Shown here: positions 26,515 to 37,800 of the stretch, piece by piece
How positions within the stretch are numbered: the stretch's first letter is position 1
How the letters are laid out: each line of letters begins with the position of its first letter
IMG/VR virus record: IMGVR_UViG_3300028955_000061
Coordinates: 1 to 39,732 of that record
From: a virus
Lineage: Duplodnaviria > Heunggongvirae > Uroviricota > Caudoviricetes
Length of the DNA: 39,732 nt
Reading direction: 5' to 3' (one strand)
Position numbers and translations under genes: made by a program
The notes under the pieces: model-generated
Database searches by the model: none
Told to the model about the DNA's origin: nothing
The model's input: the letters and a program-made list of their open reading frames with translations, nothing else

Positions 26515-27921
26515 ATGGCTGATATATCAACACCCAACCTCGACTATAACGATATGCTGGAGGCGTGGGATATTAACGACGCACTGATGGGCGGTACGCT
26601 TGAAATGCGCAGGCAGGGGGAAAATTATCTCCCAAAATGGCCTAACGAAGATGAAGACGCTTATAAAAAACGCCTGTCTGTGGCTACGCTACTTCCTGTG
26701 TATGAAGAAAGCATCAAGCAAAATATTGGGCGCATATTTGCAGAGCCGACAGTATTGAGTGAGGAAACGCCGGCAAAAATCAGGGAATATGCAGAAAATA
26801 TCGACATGGAGGGGAGCCGACTGGATGTGTGGGCGCAGCAATTTTTCAGCCTCGCATTTCAGTATGGTGTGGCACATGCGCTGGTGGACTATCCACGAAC
26901 GGATATGAAAGAGATTCGTACAAAAGCCGATGAAAACGCGACCGGTGGTCGTCCGTACGTTACGATGCTGAATCCACGCCAGGTTATTGGATGGAAATCG
27001 AAAGTTGAAAAAGGGAAAGTTGTTCTCACTGATTTGCGTATAAAAGAGGTCATCATTATTGATGGTGATGATTTCGGGCAGAAGAAGGTGGAGCAGATCC
27101 GCCATATTATGCCCCGTCGAGTTGAAATTTATCGACGTAGCGAAGGCACTAATGGCGAATCTGTCTGGACGCTTCATGAGTCATGGAATACCAGCCGTGA
27201 TGATATTCCTCTGGTAACACTGTACACGAAGAAAACAGGATTTATGCGTGGTACACCGCCATTGCTTAATCTTGGCTTGCTGAATATCAAGCACTGGCAA
27301 AGCCAGAGCGAGCAGGACAATATTCTTCATGTTACCCGCGTTCCATTGCTGGTGGCCTACGGGCTGGACAGGAATGAAGAACTGACGGTTGGTGCATCCA
27401 CCGCTACGATTTTTGAGGACAGAACAAAAAATGGCCTCGAATATGTTGAACATAGTGGCGCAGCGATAGAATCTGGCGAAACATCACTTGAGAAGCTGGA
27501 AAATCAGATGCGTCATGCCGGCGCTAAACTTCTGCGTGCTGAAAATACATCCACCAAATCTGTTGATCAGACTAATGAAGAGCGAATGCAGGAAAACTCG
27601 CCGCTTTATACAATGGCGAACTCCCTCGAAGATGCCCTCGATAATATTCTCCAGATAATGGCGGAATGGATCGGAGAGAGTTGCGGTGGCAATGTGGATG
27701 TGCGCACTGAACTGGATGTATCTGCCCAGGTGTTTGACTCATCCTCCGCGCTGGCTGTTCAGTCATTGCGTCAGGGCGGTGATATACGTCAGATTGATGC
27801 GGTTCGGGTGTTGCAGGCGTTGAAATTTATCGATCAGGATTCCCGTCCAGAGGAAGTGATCGATGAATTAAAAAATCAGAGTGTAATGCTGATGGAAATC
27901 AATGATGCAAACCGTGAATGA
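26515..27921 (+). CDS. Portal protein, 468 aa
   Basis: Size and position immediately after the large terminase. Confidence 0.7.
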   Translation: MADISTPNLDYNDMLEAWDINDALMGGTLEMRRQGENYLPKWPNEDEDAYKKRLSVATLLPVYEESIKQNIGRIFAEPTVLSEETPAKIREYAENIDMEGSRLDVWAQQFFSLAFQYGVAHALVDYPRTDMKEIRTKADENATGGRPYVTMLNPRQVIGWKSKVEKGKVVLTDLRIKEVIIIDGDDFGQKKVEQIRHIMPRRVEIYRRSEGTNGESVWTLHESWNTSRDDIPLVTLYTKKTGFMRGTPPLLNLGLLNIKHWQSQSEQDNILHVTRVPLLVAYGLDRNEELTVGASTATIFEDRTKNGLEYVEHSGAAIESGETSLEKLENQMRHAGAKLLRAENTSTKSVDQTNEERMQENSPLYTMANSLEDALDNILQIMAEWIGESCGGNVDVRTELDVSAQVFDSSSALAVQSLRQGGDIRQIDAVRVLQALKFIDQDSRPEEVIDELKNQSVMLMEINDANRE

Positions 27922-29017
27922 ACGGCTGCGTGATGAATCAATTGCTCATGCAGTCTGGATATCCCGCTATAGCACTGGCGTGGCTGCCAGAATGGTGAAA
28001 ATACTGAATGACAGCGATGCGGAACTTACTGCTCGCCTGCTGATAGCACTGGACAGCCTCGATCCAGGTAATTTTACCGTTAAGCGCCTGGAGTCACTTC
28101 TGGCGAGCGTCAGAAAGGTTAACCGCACTGCTATTAACAGCATGTTTACCAGTCTCTCCGGAGAGCTGAACGAGCTGGCAATTTATGAGGCTGGTTATCA
28201 GTTAAGTCTGTTTGATTCTATGCTACCTGATTTTGTTGCTGATGTTCACCCTCTGGTTGGTATCTCTCCTGATGCACTTTATGCCGCTGCAATGGCGCGA
28301 CCATTCCAGGGACGACTGCTCAGTGAGTGGGCCTCAGATCTTGAGGCGGATCGGCTCAGACGCATAACAAATACAGTGCGTCAGGGTTTTTTGCTGGGGG
28401 ATACCAATGAGCAGATCGCAAGAAAAATTCGGGGACATGTCAGTAAGGGATTTCAGGATGGTGCATTGCAGATGAGCCGGGCTAATGCGGCCAGCATTGC
28501 AAAAACAGCGGTTGGACATCTTGCTGCTACTGCCCGTGAGAGTTTTGCCAGCGCGAATAATGATTTGATTAAGGGTAAGCAATGGTTATCAACGCTTGAT
28601 AATCGTACTACGCCACAATGTCGAATCAGGGATCGCCTCAAATATACGCTGAATAATAAACCTGTAGGTCACAGCGTGCCTTATTTGCAGGGGCCGGGAA
28701 AAATTCATTTCTGCTGCCGCTCAACGGAAACGTTCATTCTGAAATCAGCGAAGGAACTGGGTATTGATGTTCGCGATATTTCCCCGGCTGAGCGGGCCAG
28801 CATGGATGGCGTGGTGGCCGGAGATACAACCTACAGGGAATGGTTTTTGCGTCAGCCTTACACCAGACAAAAACAGATTGTGGGGGAAACCCGAGCAAAG
28901 CTGATTCGGGATGGTGGTATGTCGCCAGATGAATTTTACACCGATAAAGGCGAATGGCTGACGCTGAAGCAGCTCCGTGAGCGTGATGCACAGGTATTCA
29001 GAAAAGCAGGGATTTAA
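27902..29017 (+). CDS. Head morphogenesis / minor capsid protein (Mu F or SPP1 gp7-like), 371 aa
   Basis: Position after the portal; size typical of this family. Confidence 0.6.
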   Translation: MMQTVNERLRDESIAHAVWISRYSTGVAARMVKILNDSDAELTARLLIALDSLDPGNFTVKRLESLLASVRKVNRTAINSMFTSLSGELNELAIYEAGYQLSLFDSMLPDFVADVHPLVGISPDALYAAAMARPFQGRLLSEWASDLEADRLRRITNTVRQGFLLGDTNEQIARKIRGHVSKGFQDGALQMSRANAASIAKTAVGHLAATARESFASANNDLIKGKQWLSTLDNRTTPQCRIRDRLKYTLNNKPVGHSVPYLQGPGKIHFCCRSTETFILKSAKELGIDVRDISPAERASMDGVVAGDTTYREWFLRQPYTRQKQIVGETRAKLIRDGGMSPDEFYTDKGEWLTLKQLRERDAQVFRKAGI

Positions 29018-29037
29018 ATAAATCATTTATTACAACA

Positions 29038-29061
29038 GGCTACCTTCGGGTGGCCTTTTTT
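29038..29061 (+). terminator. Terminator-like hairpin (ggctacc-ttcg-ggtggcc followed by TTTTTT) between head morphogenesis and scaffold genes
   Basis: 7-bp stem with one G-U pair, tetraloop and T-run. Confidence 0.45.
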
Positions 29062-29121
29062 ATTGCTGCGATCCGGATGGTGAGCAGCGTAACTGTCGGA
29101 AGACTTAAACCAGGTACTAAT

Positions 29122-29886
29122 ATGAAACTGAAAACGGTCGAGATTAACGGAAAACAATACGCAGAAATTGATACTGCTGGCCTGCCAGTTTATGTGCACG
29201 ACGATGGTAAAGAAATTGGCTTCGATGCACCGCTGGCGACAAAAAAAATTACAGAGCTTAATGGCGAGGCAAAAAATCATCGCCTGGCTAAAGAAGCTGC
29301 AGAGGAAAAACTGGCTAAGTTTGCCGCTATCGAAGACCCGAAGAAGGCGATCGAGGCACTGGAAATGCTGTCAAAAATCGACCAGAAAAAGCTGCTCGAT
29401 GCGGGACAGGTTGACCAGGTTAAGGCAGAAATTACGAAAAATTTTCAGCAGCAATTAGATGAAGAAAAGCAACGCTCTCAGATGCTGGAGAAGCAGCTTT
29501 ACGATTCTATGATTGGCGGTAGTTTTGCGGGTTCAAAATATATTGCCGATAAAATTGCGATCCCGGCAGATTTATTACAAGCCCGCTTCGGGCAGGCATT
29601 CAAAGTGAAAGAAGGGAGGATCGTTGCTTATGACGCTTCCGGCAACAAAATTTATTCCCGCGCGAAGCCTGGCGAACTGGCGCAGTTTGATGAGGCGCTG
29701 GAGTTCCTTGTCGAAAATTACCCTCAGAAAGACTACATCCTGAAAGCCAGTGGCAACAATGGCGGCGGCTCCCGTCCGACACAGCATGATATTGGTCAGA
29801 AAACGATGAAACGCTCTGCTTTTGATGCACTGGATGTTGCAGGTAAGCAAAACGCATTGAAAGACGGTATCACAATCGTTGATTAA
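29122..29886 (+). CDS. Scaffolding-like coiled-coil protein, 254 aa
   Basis: Charged, helical, Ala/Glu/Lys-rich ORF immediately upstream of the major capsid gene. Confidence 0.55.
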   Translation: MKLKTVEINGKQYAEIDTAGLPVYVHDDGKEIGFDAPLATKKITELNGEAKNHRLAKEAAEEKLAKFAAIEDPKKAIEALEMLSKIDQKKLLDAGQVDQVKAEITKNFQQQLDEEKQRSQMLEKQLYDSMIGGSFAGSKYIADKIAIPADLLQARFGQAFKVKEGRIVAYDASGNKIYSRAKPGELAQFDEALEFLVENYPQKDYILKASGNNGGGSRPTQHDIGQKTMKRSAFDALDVAGKQNALKDGITIVD

Positions 29887-29984
29887 CACATTTGTCAGCT
29901 TCCGGATGGGAGCTGGTGTCAGGGCTGGATAGCTCATTACTCCATCTATTCACAATTACGCAAATTTTTAAGGAATATTTAATT

Positions 29985-31124
29985 ATGGCTGGAAATACCC
30001 TGACCGGGTTGATCCCGACTATTTATACCGCCCTGGATGTTGTATCCCGTGAGCAGGTAGGTTTTATCCCTGCGGTAGCAAAAAACGCAAAAGCTGACGC
30101 CGCAGCAAAAGATCAGACGGTAACCGCGCCAGTTGCGCCTGAGGCGAAAACCGAAGATATCGTACCGGGGCCGTCAGCTCCGAATACCGGTGATCAAAAT
30201 ATTGGCACTGTTGATGTAAAAATTACTAAATCCAAAATGGCACCGGTTAAATGGAATGGTGAAGAACAACTGGCTCTTGGCCCTTCAGGGACTTACAACA
30301 CCATTCTGGCTGATCAGTTCAAGCAGGCTTTTCGCGCCCTTGCAAACGAGGTTGAGGCTGATCTTGGTGCGTTGTATTTCGGTGCTTCCCGCGCCGTGGG
30401 AACCGCAGGGACAACGCCGTTTGGTGTTAAAGATGATCTTTCTGATGCTGCTCTGGCTCGTCAGGTTCTGGAGGATAACGGCGCACCGACAACCGATCTG
30501 CAGATGGTGCTTGGCTCCACTGCCATTGCTAATTTGCGCGGAAAACAGTCTGTATTGTTTAAAGTGAATGAATCCGGCACTGAACAGCTACTGCGTGAGG
30601 GCGTGTTGGGGCGTCTGGAGGGATTCAATATTCACAGTTCGGCAGGTGTGAAACGAGCGCCAAAGGTTGCTGCAACTGGTTATCTCGTGAATGGAGAGAA
30701 AAAAGAAGGCGATGTTCTTATTTCCATTGATACTGGTTCAGGGAGTATTTCTGCAGGTCAGATTGTTACGTTCGCTGGTGATCCGAATCAGTATGTTGTG
30801 GCAGCAGCGACCAGCAATCTGATTACTCTTGCAGCGCCCGGACTGCGTCAGGATCTGGCCGATGATACTGCCATCACAGTTGTTGGGGCCTTTACGGCAA
30901 ATATGGCGTTTGATCGCAACGCGTTTCTGCTGGCATCCCGTACTCCGGCAATGCCGGAAGGTGGCGATAATGCTGATGATGTAATGAATGTTACGGACCC
31001 GATTTCAGGGATTACGTTCCAGATTGCACTGTATCGTCAGTATCGCCAGGTGCGCTATGAAGTTGGACTGGCATGGGGTGTTTCATCAGTGAAGCCGGCA
31101 CATGGTTGTCTGATTCTTGGTTAA
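29985..31124 (+). CDS. Major capsid protein, 379 aa
   Basis: AAGGA ribosome-binding site before ATG (MAGNTLTGLIPTIY...); size and position; followed by a strong terminator. Confidence 0.75.
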   Translation: MAGNTLTGLIPTIYTALDVVSREQVGFIPAVAKNAKADAAAKDQTVTAPVAPEAKTEDIVPGPSAPNTGDQNIGTVDVKITKSKMAPVKWNGEEQLALGPSGTYNTILADQFKQAFRALANEVEADLGALYFGASRAVGTAGTTPFGVKDDLSDAALARQVLEDNGAPTTDLQMVLGSTAIANLRGKQSVLFKVNESGTEQLLREGVLGRLEGFNIHSSAGVKRAPKVAATGYLVNGEKKEGDVLISIDTGSGSISAGQIVTFAGDPNQYVVAAATSNLITLAAPGLRQDLADDTAITVVGAFTANMAFDRNAFLLASRTPAMPEGGDNADDVMNVTDPISGITFQIALYRQYRQVRYEVGLAWGVSSVKPAHGCLILG

Positions 31125-31130
31125 ACATTC

Positions 31131-31156
31131 AAACGGGGCTTCGGCCCCATTTTTAA
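31131..31156 (+). terminator. Rho-independent terminator after the capsid gene (ggggc-ttcg-gcccc followed by ATTTTT)
   Basis: Perfect 5-bp GC stem with a tetraloop and T-run. Confidence 0.7.
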
Positions 31157-31166
31157 TGGGGGGCAT

Positions 31167-31343
31167 ATGGCCGGATTAACTAAAGAGCAAAGAGCACAGC
31201 GTGAAGCCGCACAAAAAACGCAAATTGAGTTAGTGGTTATGGTGACCGATTATCAGATGTTTCCCGGCGCACCAACTATCGCTAATGTTCATCCTGATGA
31301 AGTTGACAACTGGAAGGCTATGGGCTGGAAAACTCAGGAGTAA
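31167..31343 (+). CDS. Small head-associated protein, 58 aa (MAGLTKEQRAQREAAQKTQIELVVMVTDYQMF...)
   Basis: Hand-translated ORF with a G-rich ribosome-binding site; absent from the track because under 60 aa. Confidence 0.45.
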   Translation: MAGLTKEQRAQREAAQKTQIELVVMVTDYQMFPGAPTIANVHPDEVDNWKAMGWKTQE

Positions 31344-31346
31344 CAC

Positions 31347-31742
31347 ATGATCACTTACGTGACCTGTGATGACGTTGATAATGCGTTTGGGAACGCCTGG
31401 ACGAGTGAGAACGCTAAAAATAAAGCTGTTTTAATGGCTAATGCCTGGCTTAATGGCTTCAACCTGAAAATTAACCCATCCCGTATTCCGGAAGAGGTAA
31501 AACTTGCGGGAGCATATGCAGCCAGAATTGCCTCATTCGGTAAGTTGTTTCAGCAGAAAAATGATTCTGGCGTTGTTATCAGTAAAGCCGTGTCGGCTGA
31601 CGGGGTCAGTGTATCGAAATCATTTTCTGAGTTGCCAGCAAACAGCACTGCATTGCTTGAACCCGATTTACAGCTTGCGATAGCACTGCTGAAACCGTAC
31701 GGACTTAGTCGCTCACAAGTCAGGGTTGTGAGGGGGGGATAA
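31347..31742 (+). CDS. Head-tail connector / head completion protein, 131 aa
   Basis: Position and size in the late operon. Confidence 0.5.
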   Translation: MITYVTCDDVDNAFGNAWTSENAKNKAVLMANAWLNGFNLKINPSRIPEEVKLAGAYAARIASFGKLFQQKNDSGVVISKAVSADGVSVSKSFSELPANSTALLEPDLQLAIALLKPYGLSRSQVRVVRGG

Positions 31743-32125
31743 TGGGGCTTCGTGAAGAGATTCAGTCAGAGGTTGCCGCTGCTTTTGATGAGGATTTAGC
31801 GGACGCCGTGAGTGATTTTTCTGGTTCTTACGTTACGCACCGGCACTGGGATCCTGTGACGGAAACTGGCGGCGAATCCACCGCAATCTATACCGGGCGA
31901 GGCGTGTTGACACGTTATAAGCTGGGCAGAATTGATGGGATTAATATTTTGCATGGTGACCTTAAATTAACCGCTCTGGTATGCGAGGTTACGGATAAAC
32001 CAGCTGTCGACCATATTATTGAGATTTATGATCCTGTATCAAGGCAGTTACAACGATACGAGGTAATTACAGCAAGTGTAGATCCTTCCGCATCAGTTTA
32101 CTCTATCCAGTTAAGGAGAGCGTAA
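31742..32125 (+). CDS. Head-tail joining protein, 127 aa
   Basis: Position; ATGA-type coupling to the upstream gene. Confidence 0.5.
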   Translation: MGLREEIQSEVAAAFDEDLADAVSDFSGSYVTHRHWDPVTETGGESTAIYTGRGVLTRYKLGRIDGINILHGDLKLTALVCEVTDKPAVDHIIEIYDPVSRQLQRYEVITASVDPSASVYSIQLRRA

Positions 32126-32506
32126 ATGGCAAAGGCATGGGATATAGAACCGTCAATATTTGCCGGGATGATTGAGGAAGATGTAGGGCTGAAGATTCGC
32201 TACATCGCTATTCAGATTCTTACTGCTATTGATATTGCTGCTCCGGTTGATACCGGACGTTTCAGAAATAACAACCTGGTGTCGTTACAGCATCCCGATT
32301 TTGGTATATCTGATAACGTGGATCCGAACGGTACGATTGCTGTTCAGCGTGGGATCGGGGTTATTTCGAAAGCTGCAAATTACGGAGTTATTTATATCCA
32401 GAATAACCTTCCTTATGCAGAGGTTCTTGAAAACGGTCATTCACAACAAGCGCCAACTGGCGTGTATGCCAACGCTTTTCATGGTGTTTTACAGGCTTAC
32501 AAATGA
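32126..32506 (+). CDS. HK97 gp10-like tail completion protein, 126 aa
   Basis: C-terminal motif LENGHSQQAPTGVY resembling the HK97 gp10 family. Confidence 0.55.
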   Translation: MAKAWDIEPSIFAGMIEEDVGLKIRYIAIQILTAIDIAAPVDTGRFRNNNLVSLQHPDFGISDNVDPNGTIAVQRGIGVISKAANYGVIYIQNNLPYAEVLENGHSQQAPTGVYANAFHGVLQAYK

Positions 32507-32895
32507 CGTTTACTGAAATCAGAAATACGGTTATTTCCAGAATGACGGCACAGACGATTATTGATGGAAAAGACGTATTGTATCCGAACGCGCCAACGTT
32601 CGATCCTTCCGGTAAGTTAATCTGGGCGCGGTTAAGTAATATTCCCGGGCAGGCTGGAGTTAATGAAATTGGCGCGGGGCCGATTGTTTATCGCACGGGG
32701 ATAATCATTATTCAGTTATTTGTCCCCGCAGGTTCTGGTTCAAAACTCATTACTGAGACAGCCGATAAATTGCGGGAACTGTTTGAGTTTCAGGATGACG
32801 ATCGTCTCAGTTACCAGGCTGTTTCCTCAATAGCCGTTGGCGAAAAGAATGGCTGGTTCCAGCTTAATCTTCAAATTCCATATCGCGCGCTCTAG
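32503..32895 (+). CDS. Tail terminator-like protein, 130 aa
   Basis: Position directly before the major tail gene. Confidence 0.45.
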   Translation: MTFTEIRNTVISRMTAQTIIDGKDVLYPNAPTFDPSGKLIWARLSNIPGQAGVNEIGAGPIVYRTGIIIIQLFVPAGSGSKLITETADKLRELFEFQDDDRLSYQAVSSIAVGEKNGWFQLNLQIPYRAL

Positions 32896-32921
32896 CGCAA
32901 TTAATGACATAGGAGGCTCCT

Positions 32922-33884
32922 GTGAGTTCAGGTGCAAAGGTTATCTCGGCATTTATCCGGGAGACGGTTGCAGGCACTACGCCAGCAAGTGGTGACTGGA
33001 GTTTATTAAAACGCACAAGCTGGGGAGTAAAACCCACCCAGAATAAAGGCGAAAATAATGAGATTGGTGGCTCCCGGATGGCTCAGGGGGCGACGCCTGG
33101 CACTGTGGATGTCGGCGGTGATGTTGGTACCAAATTTCGCTGGGGTCAACATGATGATTTTCTTGCATCCTGTTTCGGCGCGGAATGGTCAGGCGATTCT
33201 CTGACAATGGGGAATGAGCGAATAACATTTTCTCTGGCGACCTATGCGTCCGATGTCGGAATTGCCTCTGTCGTCAGAGGAGCGCAGGTTGGCTCATGGA
33301 AAATGCAGATCCCTAACGACGGCGATATTACAGCGACCGTAACCTTTGCCGGACTGGACTGGGAATCAAAGGCCGATGATACGAATTTTATCAAAGGCGA
33401 ACCTGTGGATAGTGCAGGAAAGCTACGTTATTCGTTTAAGGAGGTTTCAGCAGTAAGCCTGAATGGTGTTGCCGGAGGTAACGGTTTTTGTATCGACAGT
33501 TTTGATATTCAGTTCGATAACAAACTCCAGACACAGCGTTGTATCGGGACTGGCTCGCCTTATGCAGGAGCAAATATTCCGACTACTTTTACACCGTCCG
33601 GTACGGTGACGCTTTCATGGTCTAAAGCCGCGTGGGAAATCTGGAGTAAAACACTGACTGGAGAAACAGTTCCGTTCAGCTTCACGCTTTCGAATGGAGA
33701 GGGGGCATACACTTTCAGTTTCCCGAAGGTTCAGGTGTCAGGTGAATGGCCTGATGGGGGTAATAGCGACATTATCCAGGTTCAATTGAGCATTACCGCA
33801 GCAGATGAAGCACCTACGATAACCAGAAAAAAAAATTCCCCGGCTGCCGTGATAGCAAAAGCCAGTGCTGAGGCGATTAGTTGA
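32922..33884 (+). CDS. Major tail (tube) protein, 320 aa
   Basis: Position before the G/GT chaperone and tape measure genes; Gly/Ser/Thr-rich beta-type composition. Confidence 0.7.
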   Translation: MSSGAKVISAFIRETVAGTTPASGDWSLLKRTSWGVKPTQNKGENNEIGGSRMAQGATPGTVDVGGDVGTKFRWGQHDDFLASCFGAEWSGDSLTMGNERITFSLATYASDVGIASVVRGAQVGSWKMQIPNDGDITATVTFAGLDWESKADDTNFIKGEPVDSAGKLRYSFKEVSAVSLNGVAGGNGFCIDSFDIQFDNKLQTQRCIGTGSPYAGANIPTTFTPSGTVTLSWSKAAWEIWSKTLTGETVPFSFTLSNGEGAYTFSFPKVQVSGEWPDGGNSDIIQVQLSITAADEAPTITRKKNSPAAVIAKASAEAIS

Positions 33885-33932
33885 TTTTCCGTTATTCCTC
33901 CTGTGGTACTGCCCTACAGGGGGACGCATTGA

Positions 33933-34394
33933 ATGAGGTTATGGATGTTTATTCTTAATCAGAAAATTATCATTGGTGGAGAACGCTGGTTTACGCCAAT
34001 GAAGGACTTAAAACCTGTAGACGGGTTAAAACTGTTGGTGGCAAGCAGCGATAACGATCAGTATCGCTCCCGTAATGCATTAATCCGTCGCCACATTGAG
34101 AAAATGGATGCCAGTTTGCACGTCGGAACGAAGGAGTTTGATATTTCAAAGGTTTCCGAGGTGGATTCTGTTGATGATTTACTCATTGATAATGCCGCTC
34201 GTTATCTGCTGAAAGACTGGAAAGGGGTTGGTGAACTGGTTAATGGTGTTGAGGTTGCACTGGAATATACGGCAGAACGAGGGATCGCGCTGCTTAAGCA
34301 GAATCCAGAGTTGTACTGGCAGATCCTTGCAGAAGCAGCCAGCATCGCCCAGGGTAAAGAGCAGCAGAAGCAGGATACGATAAAAAAGCCATAG
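33933..34394 (+). CDS. Tail assembly chaperone G-like, 153 aa (alternative start at Met5 with a GAGG ribosome-binding site)
   Basis: Position before the tape measure gene; ends two codons after an A AAA AAG slippery heptamer. Confidence 0.7.
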   Translation: MRLWMFILNQKIIIGGERWFTPMKDLKPVDGLKLLVASSDNDQYRSRNALIRRHIEKMDASLHVGTKEFDISKVSEVDSVDDLLIDNAARYLLKDWKGVGELVNGVEVALEYTAERGIALLKQNPELYWQILAEAASIAQGKEQQKQDTIKKP

Positions 34395-34702
34395 CTGCCC
34401 AGCGGTGGTTATCGGAGTTCGGGGGAGAAAGGGGGGAAAAGGCAAGATGGAAGCGAGAAAAACTCAGGTTGCCACCGATACCGGAACCAGAAATAGACCC
34501 GGTGCTTAAGGAGTTGTTGTACGCCTATTCGGTAATATCCCGTGCCCGACGTTATGCTGGAATGGCTGGGGTGCCTTTGCCTTTATCTCTGACAGAGATA
34601 AATGAATATTTAGCCACTCATCCGGTATTGATTGAGCGCGATGAATTTGAAGCAGTGATCTTTGCACTGGATGACCAGTATTTTCAGGAGCAGTGTGTGT
34701 AG
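33933..34702 (+). CDS. Tail assembly chaperone GT-like fusion made by programmed -1 frameshift at A AAA AAG (about 34382-34388)
   Basis: The -1 frame is open from the slip site to 34702, with no plausible independent start; canonical arrangement before a tape measure gene. Confidence 0.6.
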
Positions 34703-34823
34703 TTGTTAATTACGTACACTCTGTTACAGAGATGTGATGGTGTCTTTAATTAAATCGATGATGCTCCTGGAGAAAAGCATTGCGTGGCCTCGTAATCGCT
34801 ATATCTACTATTATGTCGCCTGA

Positions 34824-34848
34824 AACCCACTTCGCGGTGGGTTTTTTG
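34824..34848 (+). terminator. Terminator-like hairpin (aacccac-ttcgcg-gtgggtt followed by TTTTGTTG) between the chaperone and tape measure genes
   Basis: 7-bp stem and T-rich tail. Confidence 0.45.
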
Positions 34849-34867
34849 TTGTCAGGAGTTTTAATAA

Positions 34868-37800
34868 ATGGCAGAGCAAACCTCGCGTCTCGCAATAATT
34901 ATTGATAGCACTGGAGCGAAAAATAATGCTGACAATCTGACCTCCTCATTAGTCAAAATGACGCAGGCTGGGGAAACTGCTGCAAATAGCGCAGGGAAAG
35001 TGACTAAGGCAACAGAAGATGAGAAGAACGCGCTCGCAAAATTAAAAGTAGCTATTGATCCAGTTGGTGCCGCAATTGATACTGTCGGTCGACGCTATTC
35101 TGAATTAAAGAAATTTTTCGATAAAGGGCTTATTGATAAAGAAGAATATGAATTTCTTGTCCGTAAACTTAATGAAACCACAGAGGAATTGAGCGGGGTT
35201 GCGCAAGCGCAGAGAGAAGCCGAGAAGGCCGGAAAACTTGCTGCCGCCCAGCAGGAAGCGCAGGCTCAGGCCTTTCAAAGAATGCTGGACAAGATCGACC
35301 CTCTGGCTGCGGCGCTAAGAAATCTTGAACAACAGCATGATGAACTTAATGCTGCGTTTGCATCCGGGAAAATAAATGGTTCTCAGTTTGAGAATTATAG
35401 CCGAAAAATACAGGAAACACGGCGAGAGCTTACCGGAGAGGCTCAGGCAGAGCGAGAAGCAGCAAAAGCGCATGATGAACAGGTTGTTGCTTTGCAACGT
35501 CTGATTGCTCAACTTGATCCTGTCGGAACTGCTTTTAATCGTCTGGTAGAACAACAGAAACAGCTCAATGAAGCAAAAGCTAAGGGGATGCTTTCTCCTG
35601 AAATGTATGAGGAGCTTTCTGGAAAACTTCGTGCTATGCGGAGTGAGCTTGAGGTTACTCAATCACAATTAAGCAAAACCGGAATGTCGGCAAAACAAAC
35701 GGCTTTTGCTATGCGCATGTTGCCTGCACAAATGACGGATATTGTTGTTGGGTTGTCCACTGGTCAGTCGCCATTTATGGTGTTAATGCAGCAGGGCGGC
35801 CAGCTAAAAGATATGTTCGGTGGGATTGGCCCGGCGATCAAAGGTGTAGGTTCTTATGTGCTGGGATTAGTTAATCCTTTTACCCTAGCCGCAGCAGCCG
35901 TTGGGGTCTTAGGACTGGCTTACTATAAAGGCTCTCAGGAGCAGGACGAATTTAATAAATCTCTTATTCTTACCGGAAATCAGTTGGGGACAACCAGCGG
36001 GCAATTGGGCGATATAGCTCAACGTGCCGGGAATGCGGCTGATTCGACAACTGGTGCTGCGGCGGCAGTATTAAATCAGCTTGTGCGTTCGGGAAAGGTA
36101 GCGAGCAGTTCGCTGGAGCAAGTGACGACAGCGATAGTAAAAACGAGCGAAGTAACAGGAATATCAACCGAACAACTGGTTAATGACTTCAATGAAATTG
36201 CAAAGGATCCTGTCAGTGCCATATCAAAACTTAATGATCAGTACCATTTTCTGACACTTGCGACTTATAACCAGATTAAGGCGCTACAGGATGAAGGGAA
36301 CCAGCAGGAGGCCGCCCGCATTGCGACAGAAGAATACTCATCCTCAATGATCCAGCGCACCAACCAGATTAAAGAAAATCTTGGTTATCTTGAGACTGCA
36401 TGGAAAGCTGTCGCAGACTCCGCAAAATGGGCATGGGATTCCATGCTGGATATTGGCCGTGAGACCTCCCTTGATCAAAAAATCTCAGATGTTCTCCGTC
36501 AAATTGATGAAATAGAAAAAAATACCCGACCCGGAGTTTTCGGGTTAGGTGGCATTGGAGATGGCGGAGCTCAAAATAAAAGGCTGGCACGATTAAAGCA
36601 GCAATTGGGCGTACTTCAAGCAGAAAAAATTGCTCAGGACGTACTAAATTCATCAATAAACGATTACAACAAGCGACAACAGGAAGGAATTGAACTCAGA
36701 CAGAGAGCAGATGCCTTTTCAAAACAATATCAGACCCGGGAGCAGCAGAGAGCTAGTGAACTTGCAAAACTGGAAAAGCTAAAGAATCAGTATTCAAAGG
36801 AAGAATATAATAATCTTATCGCTCAAATAAATGAGCGTTATAAAGATCCAAAGCAACCAAAGGCGAAAGGTTATTCTGATGATGCAGCCCAACGAATGAT
36901 TGATCATCTGAATCAACAGAATGCGTTACTAAGTTCACAAGCTGAGTTGACCGTTAAATTAAGTTCCTCTGAACAGGAACTGGTTAAGTGGCGTCAGCGG
37001 ATTGCCGACCTAGAGTCACGACCATCAACGAAATTAACCCAGGATCAGAAATCGCTTCTCTTACACCGGGAAGAAATAACCGCGTTGATGGAGAAAAATG
37101 TTGCGATTGAAAAAAATAACAGGCTAATCAAGGAATCCGCCGAAATAACAGCATGGCGTGATTCATTGCAGGCTTCGATTGATAATCGTCAGCAGGGGTA
37201 TGATATTCAGATTGCTGGTTATGGGGTTGGCGATAAAAATCAGCAACGCCAGCAGGAATTACTGCGGATTGAACATGGATATAACAATCAGCGTCTGCAA
37301 CTTGAACGTGACTATGCAGATAAATCCCGTGGAATGTCAGATCATGTTTTTCAAGAGAAAATGCAGGCTCTGAATGATGCTCTGGAACGGGAAAAAGAAA
37401 TTGTCAGACAGAAAAACGAGCAGCTCGATATTCAGGCAGGAGACTGGGTTAGTGGTGCCTCCCAGGGATTCAATAACTGGCTGGATGACACTAAGGATAT
37501 CAGTGAGCAGATAAAATCAACCACGACTCAGATGTTTGATGGGATGACCGATGCGCTGGGTGATTTTGTCACGACAGGCAAGGCAAATTTTCGTTCTTTC
37601 GCTACTTCCGTGATTTCGGATCTTAGTCGAATAGCATTAAAGGCTTCAATTACTGGGATTTTCGACAGCATTAGTAACAGTTCTTCTGGGGGGATTTTAG
37701 GAACTATCGGGAGTGCTATTAGTAAATTTATTCCGAATGCAAAGGGCGGTGTTTATGAGTCTCCGTCATTGAGCACGTATTCGAACGGTATTTATGATTC

